Positions 46,006 through 55,556 are shown, counted from the first letter of the stretch. The stretch: DNA of 64,000 nucleotides from an uncultured delta proteobacterium (GCA_963780775.1 CAWADO010000007.1:6601-70600); one strand, 5' to 3'. Notes: generated from the letters alone by a model not told the origin. Numbers and translations are program-made.

Positions 46006-46740
46006 ATGAGTTCCAAGGCAATTGATAATGCTGCTGATTCAAGCAGCCCGCTCTATCCGGTCAGCCTCGATATCGACGGCAAACGCTGCCTGGTGGTCGG
46101 CGGCGGCACGGTAGCGGCTCGCAAAATCAAGGCGCTGCTGCTCTGCGGCGGCATTGTCCAGATCATCAGCCCCAGGGCCTGCAAAGTGATTTCCCGGTTG
46201 GCCGAGTCAGGTGAGATCGACTGGCTCAGACGGGGCTATCAGCCTGGTGATGTCAAAGATGCGTTCCTGGTTTTTGCTGCCACCGATGATCCTGACGTGC
46301 AGAAAATGGTTGCCGACGAGGCTGCTCGTCACCATGTTCTGCTGAACAGTGCCGATAGTCCGGAACTGTCCGATTTTCATGTGCCTGCCAAGATCAGGCG
46401 CAGAGATCTGGTGATTACCGTCTCCACCGGCGGCGGCAGTCCGGCTCTGGCGCGGTTGCTGAAGATGCAGCTGGCCAGGGAATACGGCGAGGAGTACGGC
46501 GTTCTCGTTGCCCTGATGGCCCGCATTCGGCGGCAGGTGGTCAACCGTTCCAGCTGCGCTGACAAGAACAAGGTGCTGTTTCAGTCGATTCTCAAGCTGC
46601 CGGTGCTGGATTGTATCAGGCGGGAGGACTGGGTTGAACTGCAGCGCCTGCTCGAAGGTGAACTGCCGGATGGGACTGATGTCGGCCTTCTGCTCGATGA
46701 GATGACCGCGGAACTCTCGACGGATGAAAAGAGCGAATAA
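46006..46740 (+). CDS. precorrin-2 dehydrogenase / sirohydrochlorin ferrochelatase (siroheme synthase N-terminal-type, SirC/Met8-like)
   Basis: 244 aa. Rossmann motif 'KRCLVVGGGTVAARKIKALL' and 'AATDDPDVQKMVADEA'. Confidence 0.85.
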   Translation: MSSKAIDNAADSSSPLYPVSLDIDGKRCLVVGGGTVAARKIKALLLCGGIVQIISPRACKVISRLAESGEIDWLRRGYQPGDVKDAFLVFAATDDPDVQKMVADEAARHHVLLNSADSPELSDFHVPAKIRRRDLVITVSTGGGSPALARLLKMQLAREYGEEYGVLVALMARIRRQVVNRSSCADKNKVLFQSILKLPVLDCIRREDWVELQRLLEGELPDGTDVGLLLDEMTAELSTDEKSE

Positions 46741-46775
46741 CGAAGAACCGAGTTTGTCGAAAACGGATAGATCAT

Positions 46776-47591
46776 ATGAGTCAAGGACCGCTTGTTCATG
46801 AAATAAACTTCCTGCTTTTTCTTGCCGTTCTCGGTCTGACCTTTCTTTCCTGCGCGGCCTACCTGGTGTTTTTCTTCTCCCAGAAAAACAGGGTCCGCAG
46901 GTGGGCCCGGTTCCTGCTGATCGGTTCCTGGGCTCTACAGACCGGCTATATCCTGACCCGCTACATGACGGTCGGCAGCACCCCGATCACCACCTATCAT
47001 GAAGCGGTCTTCTTCTTTGCCTGGGCTACCACCTCCGCCTATCTGTCATTTCGCTGGCGCTACACGGTAAAAAACTTCGGAACCTTCGTTTCTATTCTCA
47101 TTTTTGCCCTGCTGATCGCTGCCTCGATGGCGCCCCGTGACATTATTCCGCTGGAACCGGCCCTGCAGAGTTGGTGGCTGCCGCTGCACGCCGGTATCTC
47201 GCTGATCGCCTATGGCTTCCTGGCTCTGGCTTTCTGCGGGGCTCTGATGTACCTGCTCCAGGAACGTGAATTGAAGAGCAGAAAGCTGGGTTATTTTTTT
47301 TCCCGGCTGCCTTCGCTCGAGGCCTTGGATCAACTCAATTCTCATTGTCTCGCCGTCGGCTTCGCCTTTTTGACCCTGGGTATGGTGACCGGTATCTTAT
47401 GGTCCAAGCAGGCATGGGGAACCTATTTTCGTTTCAACCCCAAAGAGGTCTGTACGCTGATTATCTGGCTCCTCTATCTGGTCCAGATCCACCAGCGTTT
47501 TACCGTCGGCTGGCGGGGGCGCCGCGCGGCCCTGATGATTGTCGGCAGTTTCGTTGTTGTCATCGTTACTCTCTGGCTGGTGCTGACCTGA
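46776..47591 (+). CDS. cytochrome c assembly protein, CcsA/HemX-like
   Basis: 271 aa, 8 TM helices. W-rich region 'LWSKQAWGTYFRFNPKEVCTLIIWLLY'. It sits directly upstream of hemA. Confidence 0.8.
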   Translation: MSQGPLVHEINFLLFLAVLGLTFLSCAAYLVFFFSQKNRVRRWARFLLIGSWALQTGYILTRYMTVGSTPITTYHEAVFFFAWATTSAYLSFRWRYTVKNFGTFVSILIFALLIAASMAPRDIIPLEPALQSWWLPLHAGISLIAYGFLALAFCGALMYLLQERELKSRKLGYFFSRLPSLEALDQLNSHCLAVGFAFLTLGMVTGILWSKQAWGTYFRFNPKEVCTLIIWLLYLVQIHQRFTVGWRGRRAALMIVGSFVVVIVTLWLVLT

Positions 47592-47597
47592 GACGCT

Positions 47598-48890
47598 GTG
47601 GACATGGTGAAAAAGCATATCAGCCTGATTGGTGTAAATCACAAATCGACGCCGCTCGAAGTGCGCGAAAAGATTGCCTTGACCGGCGGTTACGAGGATG
47701 CCCTCGGCAATCTCAGGAGTATACAGGCCCCGGATTCGCACGAGTTTTATCTGCTCTCCACCTGCAACCGGGTCGAACTGATCTGGGTCTCGGAAAACAT
47801 CGAAGAAAGCACCCCGCGTATGCTTGGTTTCCTCTTCGGCGACAGCGTCGCGCCCGTTGACTGGGACCGCTATTCCTACGTCTATCATGATCAACAGGCG
47901 GTTAACCACCTGTTCCGGGTCAGTGCCTCGCTCGACTCGATGGTGGTCGGTGAGGCTCAGATACTTGGGCAGATCAAAGAGGCCTATCGCTACGCTTCTC
48001 AATTCGGCTGCACCGGTCCGCTGCTCAACAAGCTGCTGCACAAGTCTTTTTCGGTGGCCAAACGGGTGCGCAGCGAGACCGGAATCGGTTCGGCCGCCGT
48101 GTCGATCAGTTCCGCCGCTGTCGAGCTTGCCAGAAAAATTTTCGGCAGCCTCGACGGCAAGAAGGTTCTGTTGATCGGTGCCGGCGAAATGGCCGAGCTT
48201 GCCGCAGAGCACCTCCTCGGCCAGGGGGTGCAGGAAATCACGGTGGCCAACCGGACTATTTCCCGGGCGGTCGATCTTGCCAAGCGCTTCAAGGGCAGTG
48301 CCTGCAGCCTTGAAGAGTTGACCGGACAGATGGAATCGGTCGATATTATCGTCTCTTCGACCGGGTCGAGCGAGCTGATCATCAAAAGCAGCGACGTCAA
48401 ACCGCTGATGAGGATCAGAAGAAACCGGCCGCTCTTTTTTATCGATATTGCCGTGCCCCGCGACCTCGATCCGCTTCTCAACGAGATTGAAAACGTCTTT
48501 CTTTACGACATCGACGATCTCAGCCAGGTGGTCGAGATGAATCGCTCGGAACGCAAGAAGGAAGCCGCCAGGGCCGAGTGCATCGTCGAAGAGGAGACAC
48601 TCAAGTTCGGCAGATGGCAGGACGGATTGACGATTACCCCGACCATTAGCGCCCTGAGAAAAAAAGCAGACGATATCTGCGACTCGGAGCTGAGCCGCAC
48701 CCTTGCCAGAATGGATCTCTCCGACGCCGATCGGGCCAGGGTTGAGAAACTGGCCCAGGCAATTACAGCAAAAATGCTGCATCATCCGGTCAAGTTTCTG
48801 AAAAGCGAAAGCTGCCGCAAAGGGGACGACTCCAAGATAGATATGGTCAGAACCGTTTTCGGACTCGAAGATGACGAATCCAAGCCTTGA
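47598..48890 (+). CDS. hemA: glutamyl-tRNA reductase
   Basis: 430 aa. 'GVNHKSTPLEVREK', catalytic 'LSTCNRVEL', NADPH site 'LLIGAGEMAEL'. Confidence 0.95.
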   Translation: MDMVKKHISLIGVNHKSTPLEVREKIALTGGYEDALGNLRSIQAPDSHEFYLLSTCNRVELIWVSENIEESTPRMLGFLFGDSVAPVDWDRYSYVYHDQQAVNHLFRVSASLDSMVVGEAQILGQIKEAYRYASQFGCTGPLLNKLLHKSFSVAKRVRSETGIGSAAVSISSAAVELARKIFGSLDGKKVLLIGAGEMAELAAEHLLGQGVQEITVANRTISRAVDLAKRFKGSACSLEELTGQMESVDIIVSSTGSSELIIKSSDVKPLMRIRRNRPLFFIDIAVPRDLDPLLNEIENVFLYDIDDLSQVVEMNRSERKKEAARAECIVEEETLKFGRWQDGLTITPTISALRKKADDICDSELSRTLARMDLSDADRARVEKLAQAITAKMLHHPVKFLKSESCRKGDDSKIDMVRTVFGLEDDESKP

Positions 48891-49380
48891 TATCGAAGCG
48901 CTTATCGAAAACGAATGGTACGCGGTTCGCCACTCAGGAGAGATTCCTGAAGTTGCCCTGCACTCGGCTCTGCACCATTTATGTGAAGACCCTGCCGGCC
49001 CGCAACTCGATCTCACTGCCGAGCAGCGCAGGCTGCTGCTTGAAGGAACCGGCCAGCGTTATCTGGAGATCACCGTGCGTGACCTGCTGCCCGAAAACAT
49101 CGCCACCGGTTCCTATCGCGGCATCAAGCGCTCCCTGATAAACTGGCGCCGTTTCCTGCTTTTCTGCCGCAGCCATGAGCTTGACAGCTCGGCTCACCAG
49201 GCAATTGTCGCCGCAGCTCTGACGGAGCTTCTCAATTCTGATCTGTCCCCGCTGAGCGTCGCTGAAAGAGGCCGCATGTTCAACTGTACGGTCGAGGATT
49301 TGACCTCGTTCATGGACTTGCTCGAACTCGATCCTGAGGGACTTGCCGCCGAGTTGAGAACTTATTGCTGCACTGCTTGA
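48871..49380 (+). CDS. hypothetical protein
   Basis: 169 aa. The ATG overlaps the last 20 nt of hemA. I recognise no family. A hairpin follows at 49388..49409. Confidence 0.45.
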   Translation: MTNPSLDIEALIENEWYAVRHSGEIPEVALHSALHHLCEDPAGPQLDLTAEQRRLLLEGTGQRYLEITVRDLLPENIATGSYRGIKRSLINWRRFLLFCRSHELDSSAHQAIVAAALTELLNSDLSPLSVAERGRMFNCTVEDLTSFMDLLELDPEGLAAELRTYCCTA

Positions 49381-49387
49381 GCGCTCG

Positions 49388-49420
49388 GCGGCATGGCTTT
49401 TCCTGCCGCTCTATCTTTGC
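49388..49420 (+). terminator. possible weak rho-independent terminator
   Basis: Stem gcggca / tgccgc (49388..49393 and 49404..49409), a 10-nt loop, then a T-rich 'tctatcttt'. Confidence 0.3.
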
Positions 49421-49524
49421 CATGGTATTTGTTCCTGAGGTCTGGTATGAATGCAGGCTGTCAAACAAGCGCCAGATGAATACAGGCGGGCGATGCACTG
49501 CCCGTTCTTTTTAACTATGTCGTT

Positions 49525-51636
49525 ATGAAAAACAGTAAAACACTTCTTCTTCTCTCACTATTTTTTCTATTCCTATACCATTCGGCAGCAGCTGCAGCCG
49601 AGAGCGATCTTGCCGTTGATGAAAAACGCAACAAACTTATCGGCTATATGCTCGGCAAGCAGTTGCCCTCCATTCACTACAGTGACAAACAGGTGGATGA
49701 CGATCTGTCACTAGCGGCGTTCGATCTCTATATCAAGCAGCTCGATTTCCAGAAACGTTTTCTGCTCGCCCCCGACGTGGCTGAGCTGGCTTCTTTTTCC
49801 ACCGTGATCGATGACAACCTGCTGCGCGGCACGATCGGTCTTCCCGAAGCCGGATACGAGATCATGGCCCAGCGGATCAGTCAGGTCGAAACAATGGTCA
49901 ATGAAATCCTGGCGGAGAAGCTCGATGGCGGCGTCTCCGAGACGATGGAAACCGATCCGCAGAAACAGGATTATGCCGTCGACGAGGGCGAACTGCGCCA
50001 GCGCTGGAGAAAGATTCTCAAGGCCCAGATTATGAACCGCTATCTTGATCTTGAAGATGAATATCGCGCCAAAGACGAAGCCATAGACTCTGCAGAGATC
50101 TGGCGTGAGGCGACCGAGCGGGTGAGCGCGCGCTTCACCGATTTCTTCAACCGGCTGGAACAGGAAACCCTGCAGGACCATTACGACCGCTTCTTCAATG
50201 CGGTTGCCCGGGCTTTTGATCCGCATACCAACTATATGCCCCCTGATCGAAAGGAGGACTTCGATATTCACATGCGGGGCAGTCTCGAGGGTATCGGTGC
50301 CCTGCTGCGTGAGGAATACGGTTATATCAAGGTGGTCAGGGTCATTCCCGGCAGCGCCTCGGCCAAAGAAGGCAGACTGCAGGCCGAAGATATCATCATG
50401 GCCGTGGCCGAGAAGGGAGAGGAACCGGTTGAGGTTACCGATATGCGCCTGCGCGATGCGGTCCGGCTGATCCGCGGGCCGAAAGGAACCGTGGTCGAGC
50501 TGACGGTCCGTAAACCCGACGGCGGCGATGCGATTATCGCTATCACCAGAGATGTGGTCCAGATCGAAGAGACCTTTGTCAAGCATGCGACCTTCGAGGT
50601 CGACGGGGTATTGTTCGGCTACATCAATATTCCCAGTTTTTACCGCGATTTCGAAAAAAGCCGTTTCGGTCAGGGCCGCAACTCCACCGAGGATACCCGT
50701 GAGGCGATCGCTGCTCTGAGAAATAAGGGGGTCGAGGGAATCATTCTCGACCTGCGTAACAACGGCGGCGGCTCTCTGGTCGATGCGGTCGATATCACCG
50801 GATTGTTCATCGACGACGGACCGGTGGTGCAGGTCAGGGACAGCCAGGGCATGAAGCGGGTTCTGGAGGATAACGATGAAACCCTGGTATACGGGGGGCC
50901 GCTGGTCGTGCTGGTGAACCGATTCTCCGCTTCGGCTTCTGAGATTGTCGCTGCTGCGCTGCAGGATTACGGTCGGGCCGTGATCGTCGGCGGCGAACAC
51001 ACCCACGGCAAAGGAACCGTTCAAACCATCATCGATCTCAACGAGAATATTCCGCTGCTGCACCTGAGGCGTTATGACGACCTCGGGGCGCTGAAGGCCA
51101 CCATTCAGAAATTTTACCGGGTGGACGGAGGCTCTACCCAGTATGGCGGAGTCGTGCCTGATATCATCCTGCCCAGCCTCTACAAGTACCTTGAATCCGG
51201 GGAGCAGTATCTTGATTACTCGCTCAAGTGGGAACGGGTCCAGCCGGTAGCGTACAAGAAGTACACCGATAAAATCACCGACCTGGCCGACATTGTCGAG
51301 CGCAGCAGGGCCCGGGTGGAGAAATCCGAAGAGCTGCGTCTGATCGAAGCCGAGGCGGAGCGTTCAAGCGACCGGGCTGAACAGACGGTCATCGAACTCG
51401 ATTTCGATTCGATGCGGGCCCGGCGGGCAGAGGAAAAAGAGGCCCGTGAGACGGTGGGAGCCCATTTCACCGAGCTTGAAAACGACGAGCTCAGTGAGGA
51501 TGTCGGGGCTGATGAAGCTTTGTCTCCTGTCGACAGTGACTCCGATGAAGAGTGGGCCGCCAGGCTTTCCAGAGATCCGTGGATTATTGAATCGGAAATG
51601 ATCATCAACGATCTCGTTCATTTGCTCCAGCAATAG
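49525..51636 (+). CDS. prc: S41-family carboxy-terminal (tail-specific) processing protease
   Basis: 703 aa. Signal peptide, PDZ 'IPGSASAKEGRLQAEDIIMAV', catalytic Ser 'LVNRFSASASEIVAAAL', Lys 'THGKGTVQ'. Confidence 0.9.
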   Translation: MKNSKTLLLLSLFFLFLYHSAAAAAESDLAVDEKRNKLIGYMLGKQLPSIHYSDKQVDDDLSLAAFDLYIKQLDFQKRFLLAPDVAELASFSTVIDDNLLRGTIGLPEAGYEIMAQRISQVETMVNEILAEKLDGGVSETMETDPQKQDYAVDEGELRQRWRKILKAQIMNRYLDLEDEYRAKDEAIDSAEIWREATERVSARFTDFFNRLEQETLQDHYDRFFNAVARAFDPHTNYMPPDRKEDFDIHMRGSLEGIGALLREEYGYIKVVRVIPGSASAKEGRLQAEDIIMAVAEKGEEPVEVTDMRLRDAVRLIRGPKGTVVELTVRKPDGGDAIIAITRDVVQIEETFVKHATFEVDGVLFGYINIPSFYRDFEKSRFGQGRNSTEDTREAIAALRNKGVEGIILDLRNNGGGSLVDAVDITGLFIDDGPVVQVRDSQGMKRVLEDNDETLVYGGPLVVLVNRFSASASEIVAAALQDYGRAVIVGGEHTHGKGTVQTIIDLNENIPLLHLRRYDDLGALKATIQKFYRVDGGSTQYGGVVPDIILPSLYKYLESGEQYLDYSLKWERVQPVAYKKYTDKITDLADIVERSRARVEKSEELRLIEAEAERSSDRAEQTVIELDFDSMRARRAEEKEARETVGAHFTELENDELSEDVGADEALSPVDSDSDEEWAARLSRDPWIIESEMIINDLVHLLQQ

Positions 51637-51700
51637 CGGAGAAGACCTCAAAGCACCAGAGTCTTACGCACTTCGCGCCTGATCACTCGATAAAATAGTC

Positions 51701-51729
51701 TTGAAAATAAAGACTAAAAGTGATAGTAA
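51701..51729 (+). promoter_or_regulatory. weak candidate promoter upstream of the dsr region
   Basis: -35 TTGAAA (51701..51706), a 17-nt spacer ending in TGa (an extended -10 feature), then -10 TAGTAA (51724..51729). Confidence 0.25.
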
Positions 51730-51738
51730 TCAGCCCTT

Positions 51739-51754
51739 ATGAATGGGCATTCAT
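51739..51754. promoter_or_regulatory. perfect 16-bp palindrome ATGAATGGGCATTCAT; candidate operator
   Basis: Read directly from the sequence: arms ATGAATG / CATTCAT with a GG centre. It lies 11 bp upstream of the GTG at 51765 and just downstream of the candidate -10. Confidence 0.5.
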
Positions 51755-51764
51755 TCACTTTTGA

Positions 51765-52349
51765 GTGGACGGCCCGCATCAGTGGAATAACAATCACTTA
51801 TTGCCAAGGGCTGTGGGCGTGACACTAGAAGAAGCACTACACAATAAGCGCTATAAAATCGTCGATAAATGGGTCGAATACACCCTGGCGACGTATAAGG
51901 CTTCCGATTTTTTCATCAAAGAGAAAGACGCCTTTGCCAATCCCGTCGGCGGGACCATCCGGGAATCCCTGAAAAAGATTTTTGCGCTGTTGTCCACCGG
52001 TGAAGATCCTGAACGGATCAAGGAACCGCTGTCCCGCATCATGCATTTGCGTTCGGTGCAGGAGTTTTCACCTTCCCAGGCGGTTGCACCGCTGAACGCA
52101 GTCAAGCATATCACCCGAGATATTCTGGCAGCCGATAAAGATACGAAAGAGCTGGCCGGCCAGTTGTACGATTTTGAATTCGGGGTCGATCTGGCGGTTC
52201 TGGCCGCTTTCGACCTCTACGTCGAGTGCCGTGAAAAGATCTACAAGATCAGAATCGATGAAATCCGCTCCGGTAAGCAGGTCCTGACCGACAGCGCTTG
52301 TCCTTCCAAAGCGCTTAACAATATAACAGACATACAAAGGAAAAAGTAG
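51765..52349 (+). CDS. RsbRD_N-like (globin-like sensor N-terminal domain) protein upstream of dsrMKJOP
   Basis: 194 aa from the GTG at 51765. An alternative GTG is at 51819, preceded by AAGGG. 'IVDKWVEYTLATYKASDFFIKEKDAFANPVGGTIRESL' matches my recollection of the RsbRD N-terminal family (W...F.NPVG motif). Confidence 0.6.
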   Translation: MDGPHQWNNNHLLPRAVGVTLEEALHNKRYKIVDKWVEYTLATYKASDFFIKEKDAFANPVGGTIRESLKKIFALLSTGEDPERIKEPLSRIMHLRSVQEFSPSQAVAPLNAVKHITRDILAADKDTKELAGQLYDFEFGVDLAVLAAFDLYVECREKIYKIRIDEIRSGKQVLTDSACPSKALNNITDIQRKK

Positions 52350-52424
52350 GTAACCGGCTGGCGGCCGTGCTGCTGTATCGCTGCGGACCCCGGCCAAAAC
52401 AGTTTACAGAAGCGAGGTTAAGAA

Positions 52425-53462
52425 ATGAAGTATGCCTTTTCATTCCTGGCGGTCATTGCATTGATCCTGATTGCCTGGCTTGGTTCCCTGATACCGGGAA
52501 TGCAATACTTTTTCGGTGTTGCGGTTCCGTATCTGGCGCTCATTGTCTTTCTGGGCGGCTTTGTCTACCAGGTCGTTAACTGGGCTAAATCACCGGTCCC
52601 GTTTCCCATCCCGACCACCTGCGGTCAGGCGAAATCGCTCGATTTCGTCAAGCACAACCGATTGGAAAGCCCCCACACCACTGCCGAAGTGGTCGCCCGC
52701 ATGGCGCTGGAGATCCTCACCTTTCGGTCTCTTTTCAGAAACACCAAGTCAGAAGTGTACGACGGTCCGAAGATCACCTACGAATCGTCCAAGTGGCTCT
52801 GGCTCTTCGCCCTGATTTTTCACTATTCGTTTCTGGTCATTGTCATCCGTCATATGCGGCTGTTTCTGAACCCGGTGCCCGAAGCCATCGCCTGGCTCGG
52901 CTGGGCCGACTCGATGTTCGAGATCGGTACCCCGGCGCTGTACCTGACCGATGCCGGTCTTTTGATCGGCCTGCTTTTTCTGTTCTCGAGGCGGCTGAGT
53001 AACCGTCAGGTTCGCTACATCTCGCTGGCAAACGACTATTTCCCGCTCTTTCTGCTGCTGGCCATCGGTATCACCGGTGTACTGATGCGGATGTTTCTGC
53101 GCGACGGTATCGACATCGTCGCCATCAAGCAGCTCAGTGTCGGTCTTGCCACCTTCAGTCCGGTGATCAGCGCTGATATCGGCTCTCTTTTCTACATTCA
53201 CCTGTTCCTGGTCTGTATCCTGCTGATCTATTTCCCGTTCTCGAAGCTGATGCACATGGGCGGCGTCTTCTTGAGCCCGACCAGAAACATGAGAAACAAT
53301 ACCCGTGAAGTGCGCCACATCAACCCGTGGAATCCCGAGATCAAGGTGCATGCCTACGCCGACTATGAGGATGAGTTCCGTGAGTTCATGGTAGACGCCG
53401 GCATCCCGGTTGAGAAAGAGCTGCCTCCCAAAGAAGAGGCACCTGCCAAGGAAGAGGAATAA
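52425..53462 (+). CDS. dsrM: DsrM, NarI-like dihaem b membrane subunit of the DsrMKJOP complex
   Basis: 345 aa, ~5-6 TM helices, NarI-like with conserved His in the TM helices. Its position and size match dsrM. Confidence 0.88.
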   Translation: MKYAFSFLAVIALILIAWLGSLIPGMQYFFGVAVPYLALIVFLGGFVYQVVNWAKSPVPFPIPTTCGQAKSLDFVKHNRLESPHTTAEVVARMALEILTFRSLFRNTKSEVYDGPKITYESSKWLWLFALIFHYSFLVIVIRHMRLFLNPVPEAIAWLGWADSMFEIGTPALYLTDAGLLIGLLFLFSRRLSNRQVRYISLANDYFPLFLLLAIGITGVLMRMFLRDGIDIVAIKQLSVGLATFSPVISADIGSLFYIHLFLVCILLIYFPFSKLMHMGGVFLSPTRNMRNNTREVRHINPWNPEIKVHAYADYEDEFREFMVDAGIPVEKELPPKEEAPAKEEE

Positions 53463-53499
53463 CTGTATTGACCAATTTTAGCTTATAAGGATTACAACG

Positions 53500-55131
53500 A
53501 TGTCAGTTCCAAAACTAGAACAACTATCCAAAAGCGTCGTGCAGGGACCGTCCATGGCTACGGGTGCCGTACCCTCCAAGGACTGGATGGACATCCCGGT
53601 GGCGTTCAAGCCGGGAAATTACGCCTATCCTGCAAAACAAGACAAAGTAGAGTATCTCAACAGCCAGAAAGGGCTGAACTTCCCCAATGCCCGGGAGTGG
53701 TCGCCGGAAGACGACGACTGGAAGCTTCCGGAAAACTGGAAAGAGATCATTATCGACGGGCTCGGTGAGCGGCTCGAGAAGTTCCGCTCGCTGAAGATCT
53801 TCATGGACTGCTGCGTTCGCTGCGGCGCCTGCGCCGATAAGTGTCATTTCTTCCTCGGTACCGGTGATCCGAAGAATATGCCGGTTCTGCGGGCAGAATT
53901 GCTGCGCTCGGTTTACCGCAACGACTTCACCCTGGCCGGCAAGATCCTCGGTAAGATGGCCGGCGGCAGGGAAATGACGGTTGGCGTGCTCAAGGAGTGG
54001 TTCATGTACTCCTACCAGTGCACCGAATGCCGCCGCTGCTCGGTATTCTGTCCCTACGGCATCGACACCGCCGAAGTGACGATGATGATCCGTGAACTGC
54101 TGCACCTGGTCGGTATCGGTATCAACTGGATTCTGGAGCCCGTCTCCAACTCCAACCGGACCGGCAACCATATGGGGTTGCAGCCGCACACCTTCAAGGA
54201 CAACGTCGACTTTCTGGCCGAAGATGTCGAAAATCTCACCGGCGTCAAGATCGAACCGTCGTTCAACCGCAAGGGCGCCGAGGTTCTGTTTATCACCCCG
54301 TCGGCCGACGTCTTCGCCGAACCCGGACTCTACACCGCCATGGGATATCTTGTCCTGTTCGAGCATATCGGCCTCGATTACACCTGGTCGACCTATGCCT
54401 CCGAGGGCGGCAACTTCGGTCTGTTCACCAACAACGAGTCGATGAAGAAGCTCAACGCCAAGATGTATGCCGAAGCCAAGCGGCTCGGGGTCAAATATAT
54501 CCTCGGCGGTGAGTGCGGCCATATGTGGCGCGTGCTTCATCAGTATATGGATACGATGAACGGACCGGCGGATTTCCTCGAGGTTCCGAAATCGTCGATC
54601 ACCGGCACCGTTTTTGACAACGCCGCTTCGACCAAGATGGTTCATATCAGTGAGTTCACCGCCGATTTGATCAAACACGGCAAGCTCAATCTCGACAAGA
54701 GCCGCAACAGCCATGTAAAGGCCACCTATCACGACTCCTGCAACCCGGCCCGGGCCATGGGGCTGATGGACGAGCCGCGCTACATCCTCGACCACGTGGT
54801 CGACTGGGTGGAGATGCCGGAGAACACGATTCGCGAGCAGACCTTCTGCTGCGGATCCGGTACCGGGCTCAACACGGACGAGATCATGGAACTGCGGATG
54901 CGCTCCGGGCTGCCGCGCGCCAACGCCGTCAAGTACGTGGAAGACAAGCACGCGGTCAATATGCTGTCCTGCGTCTGCGCCATCGACCGGGCGACGCTTA
55001 CCTCACTGATGGATTACTGGAACCCCAATGTCGGTGTCTGCGGAATTACCGAGCTGGTCGGCAACGCTATCGTCCTGGAAGGTGAAACCAGAGGCGAACT
55101 CGATGAAGGCCTGCGCACCATGGTATTCTAA
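53500..55131 (+). CDS. dsrK: DsrK, HdrD-like iron-sulfur (CCG-domain) subunit
   Basis: 543 aa. 'CVRCGACADKCHFF' and 'CTECRRCSVFCPYG' ferredoxin motifs. CCG-domain cysteines 'HDSCNPAR' and 'FCCGSGTG'. Confidence 0.92.
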   Translation: MSVPKLEQLSKSVVQGPSMATGAVPSKDWMDIPVAFKPGNYAYPAKQDKVEYLNSQKGLNFPNAREWSPEDDDWKLPENWKEIIIDGLGERLEKFRSLKIFMDCCVRCGACADKCHFFLGTGDPKNMPVLRAELLRSVYRNDFTLAGKILGKMAGGREMTVGVLKEWFMYSYQCTECRRCSVFCPYGIDTAEVTMMIRELLHLVGIGINWILEPVSNSNRTGNHMGLQPHTFKDNVDFLAEDVENLTGVKIEPSFNRKGAEVLFITPSADVFAEPGLYTAMGYLVLFEHIGLDYTWSTYASEGGNFGLFTNNESMKKLNAKMYAEAKRLGVKYILGGECGHMWRVLHQYMDTMNGPADFLEVPKSSITGTVFDNAASTKMVHISEFTADLIKHGKLNLDKSRNSHVKATYHDSCNPARAMGLMDEPRYILDHVVDWVEMPENTIREQTFCCGSGTGLNTDEIMELRMRSGLPRANAVKYVEDKHAVNMLSCVCAIDRATLTSLMDYWNPNVGVCGITELVGNAIVLEGETRGELDEGLRTMVF

Positions 55132-55160
55132 CCCCGACCGGAATAGAGGAGAAACGAATA

Positions 55161-55556
55161 ATGTATAACAAAGGATTAATAGTATCGGGACTCGTTGTTT
55201 TTGTCCTGTTCGTGACATTTCCCATCTGGTTCAACGGTTTGGACGCCGGCCCGCTGCCGAAACCCGAACTGCCGCCGGGTGGCGAGAAAGAATGTGTCGC
55301 TCCCGCTGCGGAGATGAGAGACAGTCACATGCAGCTGCTCAATGAATGGCGTGACGACGTGCTGCGCAACTCGAACCGGGTAACCATTACGGTTGGCGGC
55401 AAGGAGTACCAGAAAGGTTTGCAGATCGCCTGTATGCAGTGTCATTCCAACAAGGAGAAGTTCTGCGACAGTTGTCATGAATTCGCAGCGGTTACGCCCA
55501 CCTGCTGGGATTGTCATATAACTCCCTCAGGGTTGGCTCAGAAGGAGGCTCAGTAA
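55161..55556 (+). CDS. dsrJ: DsrJ, periplasmic trihaem cytochrome c
   Basis: 131 aa. Signal anchor and three CXXCH motifs (CMQCH, CDSCH, CWDCH). An upstream conserved Cys ('EKECVAP') matches the DsrJ Cys haem ligand. Confidence 0.9.
   Translation: MYNKGLIVSGLVVFVLFVTFPIWFNGLDAGPLPKPELPPGGEKECVAPAAEMRDSHMQLLNEWRDDVLRNSNRVTITVGGKEYQKGLQIACMQCHSNKEKFCDSCHEFAAVTPTCWDCHITPSGLAQKEAQ

Noticed and set aside
47397-49016. A 539-aa ORF on the minus strand, the longest unannotated ORF in the track.
   Set aside because: It is entirely antisense to hemA, which has unambiguous motifs ('LSTCNRVEL', 'GAGEMAEL'), and to the ORF after it. Its product is low-complexity and Arg/Gly/Ala-rich, as expected for a shadow frame in GC-rich DNA.
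49711-51063. A 450-aa minus-strand ORF.
   Set aside because: It is antisense to the S41 protease gene, whose PDZ and Ser/Lys motifs are clear. It has no recognisable motifs of its own and is a shadow ORF.
53524-54951. A 475-aa minus-strand ORF.
   Set aside because: It is antisense to dsrK (ferredoxin and CCG motifs on the plus strand). It is a shadow ORF.
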